From Candidatus Omnitrophota bacterium (lineage in GTDB: Bacteria; Omnitrophota; Gorgyraeia; JAFGGP01): a stretch of 64,000 nt of DNA. The position numbers were made by a program, and so were the translations under genes. The stretch is taken from contig JAFGGP010000041.1 of NCBI GenBank assembly GCA_016930485.1, positions 4,005 to 68,004 of the forward strand, written 5' to 3'. This document shows, one piece after another, positions 1 to 7,568 of the stretch; positions within the stretch are counted from its first letter, which is position 1; each line of letters opens with the position of its first letter. A model generated the notes under the pieces. The model was not told the DNA's origin. It searched no databases and saw only the letters and a list, made by a program, of their open reading frames with translations.

Positions 1-739
1 CGAGCACTCCCAGAGAAACCGGATTGACCGAGGCAACGAAAAGCGCGTCTGTATCATGGATGATCTCTCCGATCGCCTTCATATCCTCGATAACGCCGAA
101 AAAATTGGGTGACTGAACGATAACGCAGGAGACTGTGCCGGCGATATCCGCAAGACACCCGGTATCGACCTGCCCTCCCTCTGTATAGGGAATCTCGACG
201 ATCTCGGTCCCCAGTCCCTTAAGGTATGTGGCAACGGTCCGGGCATAGAACGGGTTTAGGCTGCGGGCAAGCGCCACCCTGTTTTTTCCCTGTGCCCTGA
301 GGGCCAGTATCGCGGCCTCTGCACAGGCGCTCGCCCCGTCGTAAAGCGAGGCATTAGCAACTGGCATCCCGGTAAGACGGCAGATCATCGTCTGGTACTC
401 AAAGAGCGCTGTCAACGTACCCTGCGATGCCTCGGGCTGATAGGGTGTATAGCAGGTAGAAAACTCGGGCCGCGCCAGAAGATATTCCACGGCCGCAGGG
501 ATGAGATGCTCATACGCACCGGCCCCAAGAAAAGAGGTGAGCTCACTGAGCGGCCTATTGGCCGAGGCAAGCACGGTCATATGCTTAAGAAGTTCGTGCT
601 CGCTCATGCCCTCTGGAAGCGAAAACTCCGTATTCCTGAGAGACGCGGGGATATCGACCAGAAGCTCTTCGATTCCCCGGACACCTATCCGCCGGAGCAT
701 CTCTTCTCTATCGCTGTCGGTATGAGGGGTGTAGTGCAT
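1..739 (-). CDS. gcvPA: glycine dehydrogenase (decarboxylating) subunit 1 GcvPA; N-terminal part, 3' end beyond window
   Basis: Not in the ORF track because it is edge-truncated. My translation from the ATG (complement of 737-739) reads MHYTPHTDSDREEMLRRIGVRGIEELLVDIPASLRNTEFSLPEGMSEHELLKHM... The frame is still open at base 2 (...HDTDALFVASVNPVSLGVL). It follows gcvT-gcvH. Confidence 0.85.
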   Translation of the reverse strand, partial: MHYTPHTDSDREEMLRRIGVRGIEELLVDIPASLRNTEFSLPEGMSEHELLKHMTVLASANRPLSELTSFLGAGAYEHLIPAAVEYLLARPEFSTCYTPYQPEASQGTLTALFEYQTMICRLTGMPVANASLYDGASACAEAAILALRAQGKNRVALARSLNPFYARTVATYLKGLGTEIVEIPYTEGGQVDTGCLADIAGTVSCVIVQSPNFFGVIEDMKAIGEIIHDTDALFVASVNPVSLGVL

Positions 740-743
740 ACTT

Positions 744-810
744 TTTTAGCCGTCAGTTTTTAGCGCTCAGCTATCAGCTGCTGAAAGCTGACGGCTGATA
801 GCTAAAGGCT
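744..810. repeat. inverted array of degenerate heptamers (5x NNNYAGC | 4x GCTRANN)
   Basis: ttttagc cgtcagt ttttagc gctcagc tatcagc t gctgaaa gctgacg gctgata gctaaag gct. It fills the gcvH-gcvPA spacer. Confidence 0.7.
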
Positions 811-1185
811 CTACTGCGCTTCTCCACGCAAGAGCTTGTAATATGTCACCTCGTCAAGAAGACCGTCAAGCTCCGCGGCATCGGCAATCTCAATCTTAAA
901 AAACCACCCCGCACCCTCCGGGTCCTGGTTGACGAGCGAGGGGTCTTCTTCGATCTTCGGGTTTATCTCGATGACCTTTCCTGAAAGAGGCGCGTAGATA
1001 TCGAAGGCAGCCTTGACCGATTCGACGACGGCACAGGCCGCGCCCTGCGATACCCCGGCCCCCTTCTTTGGTAATTCAATAAAGACTATGTCCCTGAGTT
1101 CCCCCTGCGCATGATCCGTGATGCCGACAGTCGCACGGGTACCGTCTGGCTCTACCCATTCGTGCGTCTTGGTATATTTTTTCAC
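811..1185 (-). CDS. gcvH: glycine cleavage system H protein
   Basis: 124 aa with the lipoyl-lysine region VESVKAAFDIYAPLSG. GTG start preceded by a GGGAGG SD. Confidence 0.9.
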   Translation of the reverse strand: MKKYTKTHEWVEPDGTRATVGITDHAQGELRDIVFIELPKKGAGVSQGAACAVVESVKAAFDIYAPLSGKVIEINPKIEEDPSLVNQDPEGAGWFFKIEIADAAELDGLLDEVTYYKLLRGEAQ

Positions 1186-1226
1186 TTGTTCCTCCCTTGA
1201 CCAGGCCTGACTCTTACCTTTCTTAC

Positions 1227-1315
1227 GTCACCAGGTCACCATGACACCAAGTCACCAGAAAAAACAAATTGAAGATATAATTACTGGTGACCCTGTGTCC
1301 TGGTAACCGGGTCAC
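1227..1315. repeat. inverted array of degenerate octamers (4x GTCACCAN, AT-rich spacer, 4x NTGGTGAC-like)
   Basis: gtcaccag gtcaccat gacaccaa gtcaccag ...25 nt... ctggtgac cctgtgtc ctggtaac cgggtcac. Confidence 0.7.
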
Positions 1316-1361
1316 AGTCCGGTTCTTTTCGTTTTTTTTAATTTTGACATTCAAAAGTCAA

Positions 1362-1400
1362 GCAACTCGCGAACTCGTCGAACCCGCAGAACCCGTGAAC
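1362..1400. repeat. five tandem degenerate 8-9-mers with GAAC(Y)C core
   Basis: gcaactc gcgaactc gtcgaaccc gcagaaccc gtgaac, immediately downstream of the gcvT stop. Confidence 0.6.
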
Positions 1401-1411
1401 TAATAAAGGCT

Positions 1412-2521
1412 CTATTTTTTATATAACAATGCCTCTGTCCGGTAAAACGGGCGCGCGACAACCCGTGCCGCGGTAGCGCTATTACGAATCTGTATAAAAA
1501 TGCGCGAGCCGACGGCACTGTGCTGGCGCCCTACATACGCAAGGCCGATATTTTTCTTCACATGCGGGCCGAAGGTGCCGCTCGTTACCGCACCGATTAC
1601 CTTACCATCTCCGTTCGAAACCGGGTAACCTGAGCGGGCGATTCCGCGGTCAACTACCTCAAACCCGACCAGTTTCCTGCTCATCCCCTCCCGGGACTGC
1701 CGTCTGAGTACCTCGCCCCCGACAAACTCCCCCTTCTCAAGGGAGACGGCCCAGGAAAGGCACGCCTCAAGGGGTGTTGTCTCGTCGGTCAGTTCGTTGC
1801 CGTAAAGTGGGTAGCATGCCTCAAGCCTCAGGGTATCGCGCGCGCCCAGTCCGCACGGACTCGCCCCCCCGGCAAGGAGTGCGCGCCACAATAGGGCCGC
1901 CTCAGAGACGGCAATAAAAAGCTCGAACCCATCCTCGCCGGTGTACCCGGTGCGTGCGGCCATGACCTCGATGCCTCTGCATGAAACTGTCCTGAATGTA
2001 TACCGAGGCACTGATGAGATATCGCCGGTGAGAAGCGAGCCGAGGATGCCCTCTGCCCGGGGCCCCTGCACCGCGATCAGGGCCGTGGTGTCGGAGATGT
2101 CATTGCAGACAACCCCATCAAACAAGGCAGCCTGGCCCTGAAGCCACGCGAAATCCTTCTGGCGGTTAGCACTATTGACTACCAGCAGATAATGGTCTCT
2201 GCTGAAACAGTATACGATAATGTCGTCGACAATCCCGCCCTGCTCATTACACAAAGGACTGTAGAGTGCCTTGCCGGGATACGATTTGCTCAGGTCATTG
2301 GTGATGGCGTGCTGGAGAAAACGAAAGGCGCCCTCTCCCCGTACCTCAAGTTCACCCATGTGGGATACATCAAAGATGCCGCAGTCGTTCCTTACCTTGG
2401 TATGTTCGGCAATAATGCCGGCGTACTCCATCGGCATCAAACTGCCGTGAAACTCCACCATATGGGCACCTAGGGCAACGTGTTCGTCGTAGAGCACGGT
2501 CTTGTGTGCTTCGGTGTTCAT
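1412..2521 (-). CDS. gcvT: aminomethyltransferase (glycine cleavage T protein)
   Basis: 369 aa, typical GcvT N-terminus (TVLYDEHVALGAHMVEFHG..MPMEY). Its ATG overlaps the metF stop (ATGA). Confidence 0.9.
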   Translation of the reverse strand: MNTEAHKTVLYDEHVALGAHMVEFHGSLMPMEYAGIIAEHTKVRNDCGIFDVSHMGELEVRGEGAFRFLQHAITNDLSKSYPGKALYSPLCNEQGGIVDDIIVYCFSRDHYLLVVNSANRQKDFAWLQGQAALFDGVVCNDISDTTALIAVQGPRAEGILGSLLTGDISSVPRYTFRTVSCRGIEVMAARTGYTGEDGFELFIAVSEAALLWRALLAGGASPCGLGARDTLRLEACYPLYGNELTDETTPLEACLSWAVSLEKGEFVGGEVLRRQSREGMSRKLVGFEVVDRGIARSGYPVSNGDGKVIGAVTSGTFGPHVKKNIGLAYVGRQHSAVGSRIFIQIRNSATAARVVARPFYRTEALLYKK

Positions 2522-3399
2522 GCAATAACTCCTTCCGCCTTGAGGGTGTGATAGATGGCACGTGTGGCATCGGGGCTGTTGAGCGTATAGAAATGGATGC
2601 CCTTTACCCCGCGCTGAATCAGTTCTTTTATCTGATCGGTCGCATACCGGAGGCCGTAGGAGTACACCGCACCGGGGTCCTCCTTCCGTTCCTCAAGCGC
2701 CCGACTGAGTGCATCGGGAATGTGCACCTGTGACATCTCAATAATGCGCAATGCCCGCTTCAGTTCTGTAATCGGCATAATGCCGGGGAGTATGGGTACG
2801 GTGACGCCGAGCTGGCGCAGCCGGCGCTCAAAGGCAAAGAAATCCTGATTATCGAAGAAAAGCTGGGTAATAATAAAATCCGCGCCCGCATCTACCTTCT
2901 GCTTCAGGTAACGCCAGTCGGTCTCCCGGTCGGGCGCGGCGATATGGCCCTCCGGGTACCCCGCAACGGCGACGGAAAAATTATCGTTACAGTGTCTGAT
3001 AAAATACACCAGTTCATTGGCGTGATTAAATCCGTCCGGCGGGGCGACAAAGGTGGTCATCCCCTCAGGCGGGTCACCCCTCAGTGCAAGGATATTTTCG
3101 ATGTCGCGGCCTTCAAGTTCATCGAGAATGCGCGTGATATCCTGCCAGTCGGCACCGATACAGGTCAAATGCGCCATAACCTCTATGCCAAAACGCCTCT
3201 TTATCTCGGTAGCGATATCGATGGTACGGTCTCTGGTTCCGCCACCGGCCCCGTAGGTAACCGAGGCAAACGCAGGACCGATACCTTTGAGCTCGCCGAT
3301 CGCACTGTAGAGCGACTCAAGCCCCTTGTCGGTCTTGGGGGGATAAAACTCGAGAGAAAAAGACAGCGCCTGCCGATTGAGGACATCGATAATCTTCAT
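2518..3399 (-). CDS. metF: 5,10-methylenetetrahydrofolate reductase
   Basis: 293 aa with MTHFR motifs (SFEFYPPKT, SVTYGAGGGTR, HLTC). 4-nt overlaps with folD and gcvT. Confidence 0.85.
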   Translation of the reverse strand: MKIIDVLNRQALSFSLEFYPPKTDKGLESLYSAIGELKGIGPAFASVTYGAGGGTRDRTIDIATEIKRRFGIEVMAHLTCIGADWQDITRILDELEGRDIENILALRGDPPEGMTTFVAPPDGFNHANELVYFIRHCNDNFSVAVAGYPEGHIAAPDRETDWRYLKQKVDAGADFIITQLFFDNQDFFAFERRLRQLGVTVPILPGIMPITELKRALRIIEMSQVHIPDALSRALEERKEDPGAVYSYGLRYATDQIKELIQRGVKGIHFYTLNSPDATRAIYHTLKAEGVIA

Positions 3400-4265
3400 C
3401 GCTTCGTAACCTTGAGCCGGAATAATTCAACGACATTATTCATCAGTACGGTAACGGTAATCGGCCCGACGCCGCCGGGAACCGGTGTGATCAGACGCGC
3501 CTGGCGTCTGGCAGAAGAGAACTCCACGTCTCCAATCACTTTTCCATTGACTACATTAAATCCGACATCAACCACCACCGTCCCTTTTTTAATCCAGGTG
3601 CCCTTAATCAGGTTCGGTACCCCCGCGGCAACGATCAGGACTTCCGCACCCTTCACAAAAGAACGCAGCCGTCTGCGTTCACTCGTCGCGATATGGCAAA
3701 CGGTGGTAGTCGCCATCTTCTCAAGGAGTAAGAGGCTCAGCGGCCTTCCCACGCTGTAGCTGTGTCCTACGATGACCACATCCCTGCCGTACAGATCGAC
3801 CCGGTACTCCTCCAGAAGCCGCATCACCGCCTGCGGCGTGCAGGGATAAACCGCACCGGTGCCGTATGCCAGCCTTCCGATATTTTCCGGATGAAGTCCC
3901 TCGGCGTCCTTTGTGGGATCCAAGCGCTCTATCAGTCTTTTAAAAGAAAAAGGCGCCGGCAGCGGACGGCTGATAAGAATACCGGTCACCCGACTGTCCC
4001 GGTTGAGTGACGCAATGCACCGCTCTATCTTTTTGGTCGGTGTGCGTTCGGGAAAATCATACGGGACGTAGGCGATGCCGAGTGAGGCGGCAAGCCGCTT
4101 CTGTGAACGTGCATACGATGAAGAGCGGGCATTATTGCCGATGGAGAGAACGGCCAGGGTAATCGTTTTTTTCGGATACATGCGGGAAAGTCTTTTAATC
4201 CTGCGTCGCAGACGCGCCTGCATCGCGAGCGCTATGTCCTTGCCTTCAAGTAACCTCGCCATCAT
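3396..4265 (-). CDS. folD: bifunctional methylene-THF dehydrogenase / methenyl-THF cyclohydrolase
   Basis: 289 aa, FolD-like (DPTKDAEGLHPENIGRL, VVIVGHSYSVGRPL, PVPGGVGPITV). Confidence 0.9.
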   Translation of the reverse strand: MMARLLEGKDIALAMQARLRRRIKRLSRMYPKKTITLAVLSIGNNARSSSYARSQKRLAASLGIAYVPYDFPERTPTKKIERCIASLNRDSRVTGILISRPLPAPFSFKRLIERLDPTKDAEGLHPENIGRLAYGTGAVYPCTPQAVMRLLEEYRVDLYGRDVVIVGHSYSVGRPLSLLLLEKMATTTVCHIATSERRRLRSFVKGAEVLIVAAGVPNLIKGTWIKKGTVVVDVGFNVVNGKVIGDVEFSSARRQARLITPVPGGVGPITVTVLMNNVVELFRLKVTKR

Positions 4266-4750
4266 TCTGTTGCTTCCTCTTCGTTGGGTCGCCAGCGCCG
4301 CAGCTTCTCGAGGACGGCCTCCGTATAGGCCTCCTCGCCGATAGACCGGAGATTGGCATCGATGAGCGCTCCCGAGGCGTTAAAGGCGCCCCGCATCAGC
4401 TCGCAGGCAACGCCCAGATCGCTCTCCAGATAGGTGCTGGTAAGGCAATCCAACAGTCTCTGGGCCACAAAAAGACCCTCGCAGCACATCTGACAGAGGG
4501 CAAGCGAGGTCTCGACACACTCCTTGAGCGCGGCCGTTTTTTCTGCCGGGGAGACAGTCGAGCCGCTCCGCGACGCCCCCCATGAATCAACCACCCTCTG
4601 AAAGCACGCGGCGTCGCGCTCAACCAGGCCTTCCATCCGGTCGCGCAGGACCTCCGCTTCCTCAAGAAACGCGCTCAGGCGGGACTCCTGTTGTATCCGT
4701 TCCTCGTCCGACAGACCTTTTTTTCTCCGGGACAAGGCGATAGTCGCCAC
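4262..4750 (-). CDS. cyclodeaminase/cyclohydrolase-domain protein (FTCD C-terminal / Fch-like). The ORF-track GTG start is probably too short; the conserved N-terminus continues to about 4885.
   Basis: The same frame upstream of 4750 encodes ...YPVKELLDTLAGVDPVPGGGSAAAVAGALGASCISK, the family hallmark PGGGS region. There is no ATG/GTG/TTG between the upstream stop (4991-4993) and 4750. Confidence 0.7.
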   Translation of the reverse strand: MATIALSRRKKGLSDEERIQQESRLSAFLEEAEVLRDRMEGLVERDAACFQRVVDSWGASRSGSTVSPAEKTAALKECVETSLALCQMCCEGLFVAQRLLDCLTSTYLESDLGVACELMRGAFNASGALIDANLRSIGEEAYTEAVLEKLRRWRPNEEEATE

Positions 4751-4898
4751 CTTGGAGATGCAGCTTGCCCCCAGCGCACCGGCAACCGCCGCCGCGCTGC
4801 CGCCCCCAGGAACCGGATCAACGCCGGCAAGCGTATCGAGCAGTTCCTTGACAGGATATGAGAGGTACTGCCGTGATGAAACGATGAGACACCTCGCC

Positions 4899-6275
4899 TT
4901 ATGATAATGCTTTTTTCCACCGCGTGAGTGCCCGTTTAACCCTGACGGGATTTGTCGAGGATGCCGTCTCCTTACAGGAAACAGAGCGCTTCACATCAAG
5001 GAGGGTAAACACATCCCTTTCAAAGTATCTTGAGAATTTCCTGAGCTCTTTCAGACTGAGCGATCCGAGTGAAGTGCGCCTCTTGGTGCGAAGTTCCCGG
5101 AAGAGTGCCCCGACAACCCGGTGCGCCTCCCTGAAGGGACACCCTTTTTTCGTCAGATACTCGGCAATATCGGTTGCCAGAAGTCTTTCGTCCGCAAGCA
5201 TCTCACCGGCCCTCTTTTTATTGACGGTGAGCGTCGCAACGATCTTCGCGCATAGTGCAAGTGAGGTCTGGACGCATTCACACGAATAAAACAGCGCCTT
5301 CTTGTCATTCTGCAGATCCCTGTTATAGGAAAGCGGGAGGCCCTTCATAAGCGCGAGCACCGTAATCAGAGAACCGAATACCTCCGGTGCAGAACCCCGT
5401 ACGAGCTCCAGCGTATCCGGATTGATTTTATGCGGCATAATACTGGAACCGGTGCAAAACCGTTCGTCGATCGAAACGAGCGAAAACTCCTCGCTGCTGT
5501 AGAGAATCAGGTCCTCGCTCAGCCGTGAGAGGTGCATCGCTGTAATGCTCAGTGCGCTCAGGAGCTCGATAATAAAATCCCTGTCACTGACCGCATCGAT
5601 GCTGTTGGCGCTAACCCGTGCAAAACCGAGCAGCCTCGCCGTGTAGGCGCTGTCCAGGGCGAACGAGGTCCCGGCAAGTGCGGCCGAACCCATCGGCAGT
5701 ACATCGATTCTCTTCAAGGCATCATTGAGGCGGGCCTTATCTCTCTCAAGCATCTCGCAGTAGGCAAGGCAATAATGGGCAAACAAAACCGGCTGCGCCT
5801 TCCTCAGGTGCGTATAGCCGGGGATGATCACGTCGTTATACCTCTGCGCGACAGCGATCAAACTCCTCTGGAGTCCACACACACCCCCGATGAGCGCACA
5901 GGCGGCATCCTTGCTGTAGAGCCGCATATCCAGCACCACCTGATCGTTCCTGCTCCGGCCGGTGTGCAGTTTCTGGGCAAGAGTGCCCACCTTTTTGCCG
6001 AGCGCATACTCGACGGCCGTGTGCACATCCTCGCATTCCGGATGGAACTGAAACGTACCCCTCCTGAGCGAAACAGTAAGCCGTTCAAGCGCGGATACCA
6101 GTCTGTTCCTCTCGTCTCTCTTCAGGATACCGGCCTTATAGAGCGTCTTGACATGGGCAATGCTCCCGGCGATATCATAGGGGGCAAGCCTTCTGTCAAA
6201 GCCGAGGCTCGCGGTAAACTCCTGGGTGAGCACATCCGGATCCTTTTGAAATATCCCGCCCCATAATTTCTTCAT
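4899..6275 (-). CDS. argH: argininosuccinate lyase
   Basis: The family N-terminus MKKLWGGIFQK begins at residue 45 of the track ORF. The longer ORF would overlap argG. Confidence 0.9.
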   Translation of the reverse strand: MKKLWGGIFQKDPDVLTQEFTASLGFDRRLAPYDIAGSIAHVKTLYKAGILKRDERNRLVSALERLTVSLRRGTFQFHPECEDVHTAVEYALGKKVGTLAQKLHTGRSRNDQVVLDMRLYSKDAACALIGGVCGLQRSLIAVAQRYNDVIIPGYTHLRKAQPVLFAHYCLAYCEMLERDKARLNDALKRIDVLPMGSAALAGTSFALDSAYTARLLGFARVSANSIDAVSDRDFIIELLSALSITAMHLSRLSEDLILYSSEEFSLVSIDERFCTGSSIMPHKINPDTLELVRGSAPEVFGSLITVLALMKGLPLSYNRDLQNDKKALFYSCECVQTSLALCAKIVATLTVNKKRAGEMLADERLLATDIAEYLTKKGCPFREAHRVVGALFRELRTKRRTSLGSLSLKELRKFSRYFERDVFTLLDVKRSVSCKETASSTNPVRVKRALTRWKKALS

Positions 6276-6300
6276 AACATCCCTCTTCTTTTGAAATAGC

Positions 6301-7476
6301 TTATCCCCCGTACGGCATACTCCAGATTTTAATAAACCCCTCGGCGGCGTTCCGGTCGAACGCGTCCTCTTCGGTATAGGTAGCCAGCTCTTTCTTATAC
6401 AGGGCAAAGTGCGACGAGCGCCCGACCGCGACGGCAGTGCCCTTATAGAGCTTCATCCTGACGTTTCCGGTGACGTTCCGCTGCGTCTCTTCGAAAAATC
6501 TGTCGAGCGATCGCCTGAGAGGCGTCTCCCACAAACCGGTGTAAATAAGATATCCGTACTTCTGGGAAAGCGGCTCCTTAAAATGCAGGAGCTCCCTGTC
6601 AAGGACCAGAGCCTCAAGTGCCCGGTGGGCGGCAATGAGGATCGTTGCGGCAGGCGCCTCATAAATTTCCCGTGACTTTATCCCGACGAGCCTGTCCTCT
6701 ATCAGGTCGGCCCGGCCGATCCCGTAGGCACCGCCTGTCTTATTCAGCTCCCTGATAATATCCAGGGGATTCATGGGGCTGTCATTGAGCTTCTTGGGGA
6801 CGCCCTTTTCAAAATAGACCGAAAGATAGAGTGGTTCGTCCGGGCTGGCGGCAGGGTCGGTGGTAATCTGATACGCGTCCCTGGGGGGCTCTACGTTCGG
6901 ATCTTCCAGCACGCCGCATTCGATGCTGACACCCCAGAGGTTCATGTCAATGCTGTACGGACTCCGGCTGGTGACGTCTATCTCGATATTATGCTCCCTG
7001 GCATACTCGATCTCTGCCTCGCGCGACGTCAGGTCCCACTCCCTCAAAGGGGCGATAATCTTGAGTTCGGGGGCAAGCATCCTGATGGTCACCTCAAACC
7101 TGACCTGGTCGTTTCCCTTGCCGGTACACCCGTGCGCCGCGCATTCGGCCCGCTCCTTCTTGGCAACCTCAACCAGCCGCCGGGCAATGAGAGGCCTGCT
7201 GAGTGCGGTGGCAAGGAGATAGTCTCTTTCATACGTTGCATTCGCCCTTAAGGACGGGAGGATGTAGTGTTCGGCAAAATCCTTTTTCAGGTCATCCACC
7301 ATGAGCTTGCTCGCCCCCGCCCCAATCGCCCGTCTCCGTGCCGCTACCGTATCGATCCCCTGGCCCACATCGGCCATATAGGCAATCACCTCATAGCCTC
7401 TTTCGGCAAGCCACGGAATGCAGACAGAGGTATCTAACCCGCCTGAATATGCTAACACTACTTTTTTATTTTGCAT
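6301..7476 (-). CDS. argG: argininosuccinate synthase
   Basis: 391 aa with the VVLAYSGGLDTS ATP-binding motif. Confidence 0.95.
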   Translation of the reverse strand: MQNKKVVLAYSGGLDTSVCIPWLAERGYEVIAYMADVGQGIDTVAARRRAIGAGASKLMVDDLKKDFAEHYILPSLRANATYERDYLLATALSRPLIARRLVEVAKKERAECAAHGCTGKGNDQVRFEVTIRMLAPELKIIAPLREWDLTSREAEIEYAREHNIEIDVTSRSPYSIDMNLWGVSIECGVLEDPNVEPPRDAYQITTDPAASPDEPLYLSVYFEKGVPKKLNDSPMNPLDIIRELNKTGGAYGIGRADLIEDRLVGIKSREIYEAPAATILIAAHRALEALVLDRELLHFKEPLSQKYGYLIYTGLWETPLRRSLDRFFEETQRNVTGNVRMKLYKGTAVAVGRSSHFALYKKELATYTEEDAFDRNAAEGFIKIWSMPYGG

Positions 7477-7495
7477 GGAACACCTCTTTGTTGGC

Positions 7496-7559
7496 TCTCA
7501 GCTTTCGGCTAGCAGCCATCAGTTGCTGAAAGCCGAAGGCTGATGGCTGAAAGCTCCAC
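7496..7559. repeat. inverted array of degenerate heptamers (GCYGANN family)
   Basis: tctcagc tttcggc tagcagc catcagt t gctgaaa gccgaag gctgatg gctgaaa gctccac. It lies in the argG-argF spacer. Confidence 0.7.
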
Positions 7560-7568
7560 AAGGATGTT

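Noticed and set aside
744-810. Whether the short-period repeat arrays (also at 1227, 7496, 17482, 22011 and 48654) are CRISPR arrays or minisatellite coding repeats.
   Set aside because: Units are only 7-8 bp, contiguous without spacers, and arranged as inverted arms. No cas genes are present, and all arrays lie between stop and start codons of flanking genes.
2519-2600. Glycine riboswitch expected upstream of gcvT.
   Set aside because: The gcvT ATG overlaps the metF stop codon, so no leader exists. No glycine-riboswitch-like sequence was seen in the gcvT-gcvH or gcvH-gcvPA spacers, which hold repeat arrays instead.
2944-3759. 271-aa plus-strand ORF antisense to metF/folD. Similar long antisense ORFs occur at 5532-6266, 7599-8399, 9752-10525, 26350-27054 and 15411-15914.
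   Set aside because: Each is fully embedded opposite a gene with unmistakable family motifs. Their translations are R/P/G/L-rich and low in complexity with no recognisable motifs, which is typical of open antisense frames in GC-rich coding DNA.
4899-6407. Over-long N-terminal extensions in the ORF track (argH 6407, argD 9795, argB 10609, rplM 14221, yggS 20667, ftsA 22039, murG 27546, mraY 31180, xerD 42157, ligA 44725, ribH 48670).
   Set aside because: The extensions overlap the preceding gene or intergenic repeats and are arginine/cysteine-rich nonsense. Family-typical N-termini with SD sequences or stop-start coupling occur at the internal starts given in the feature list.
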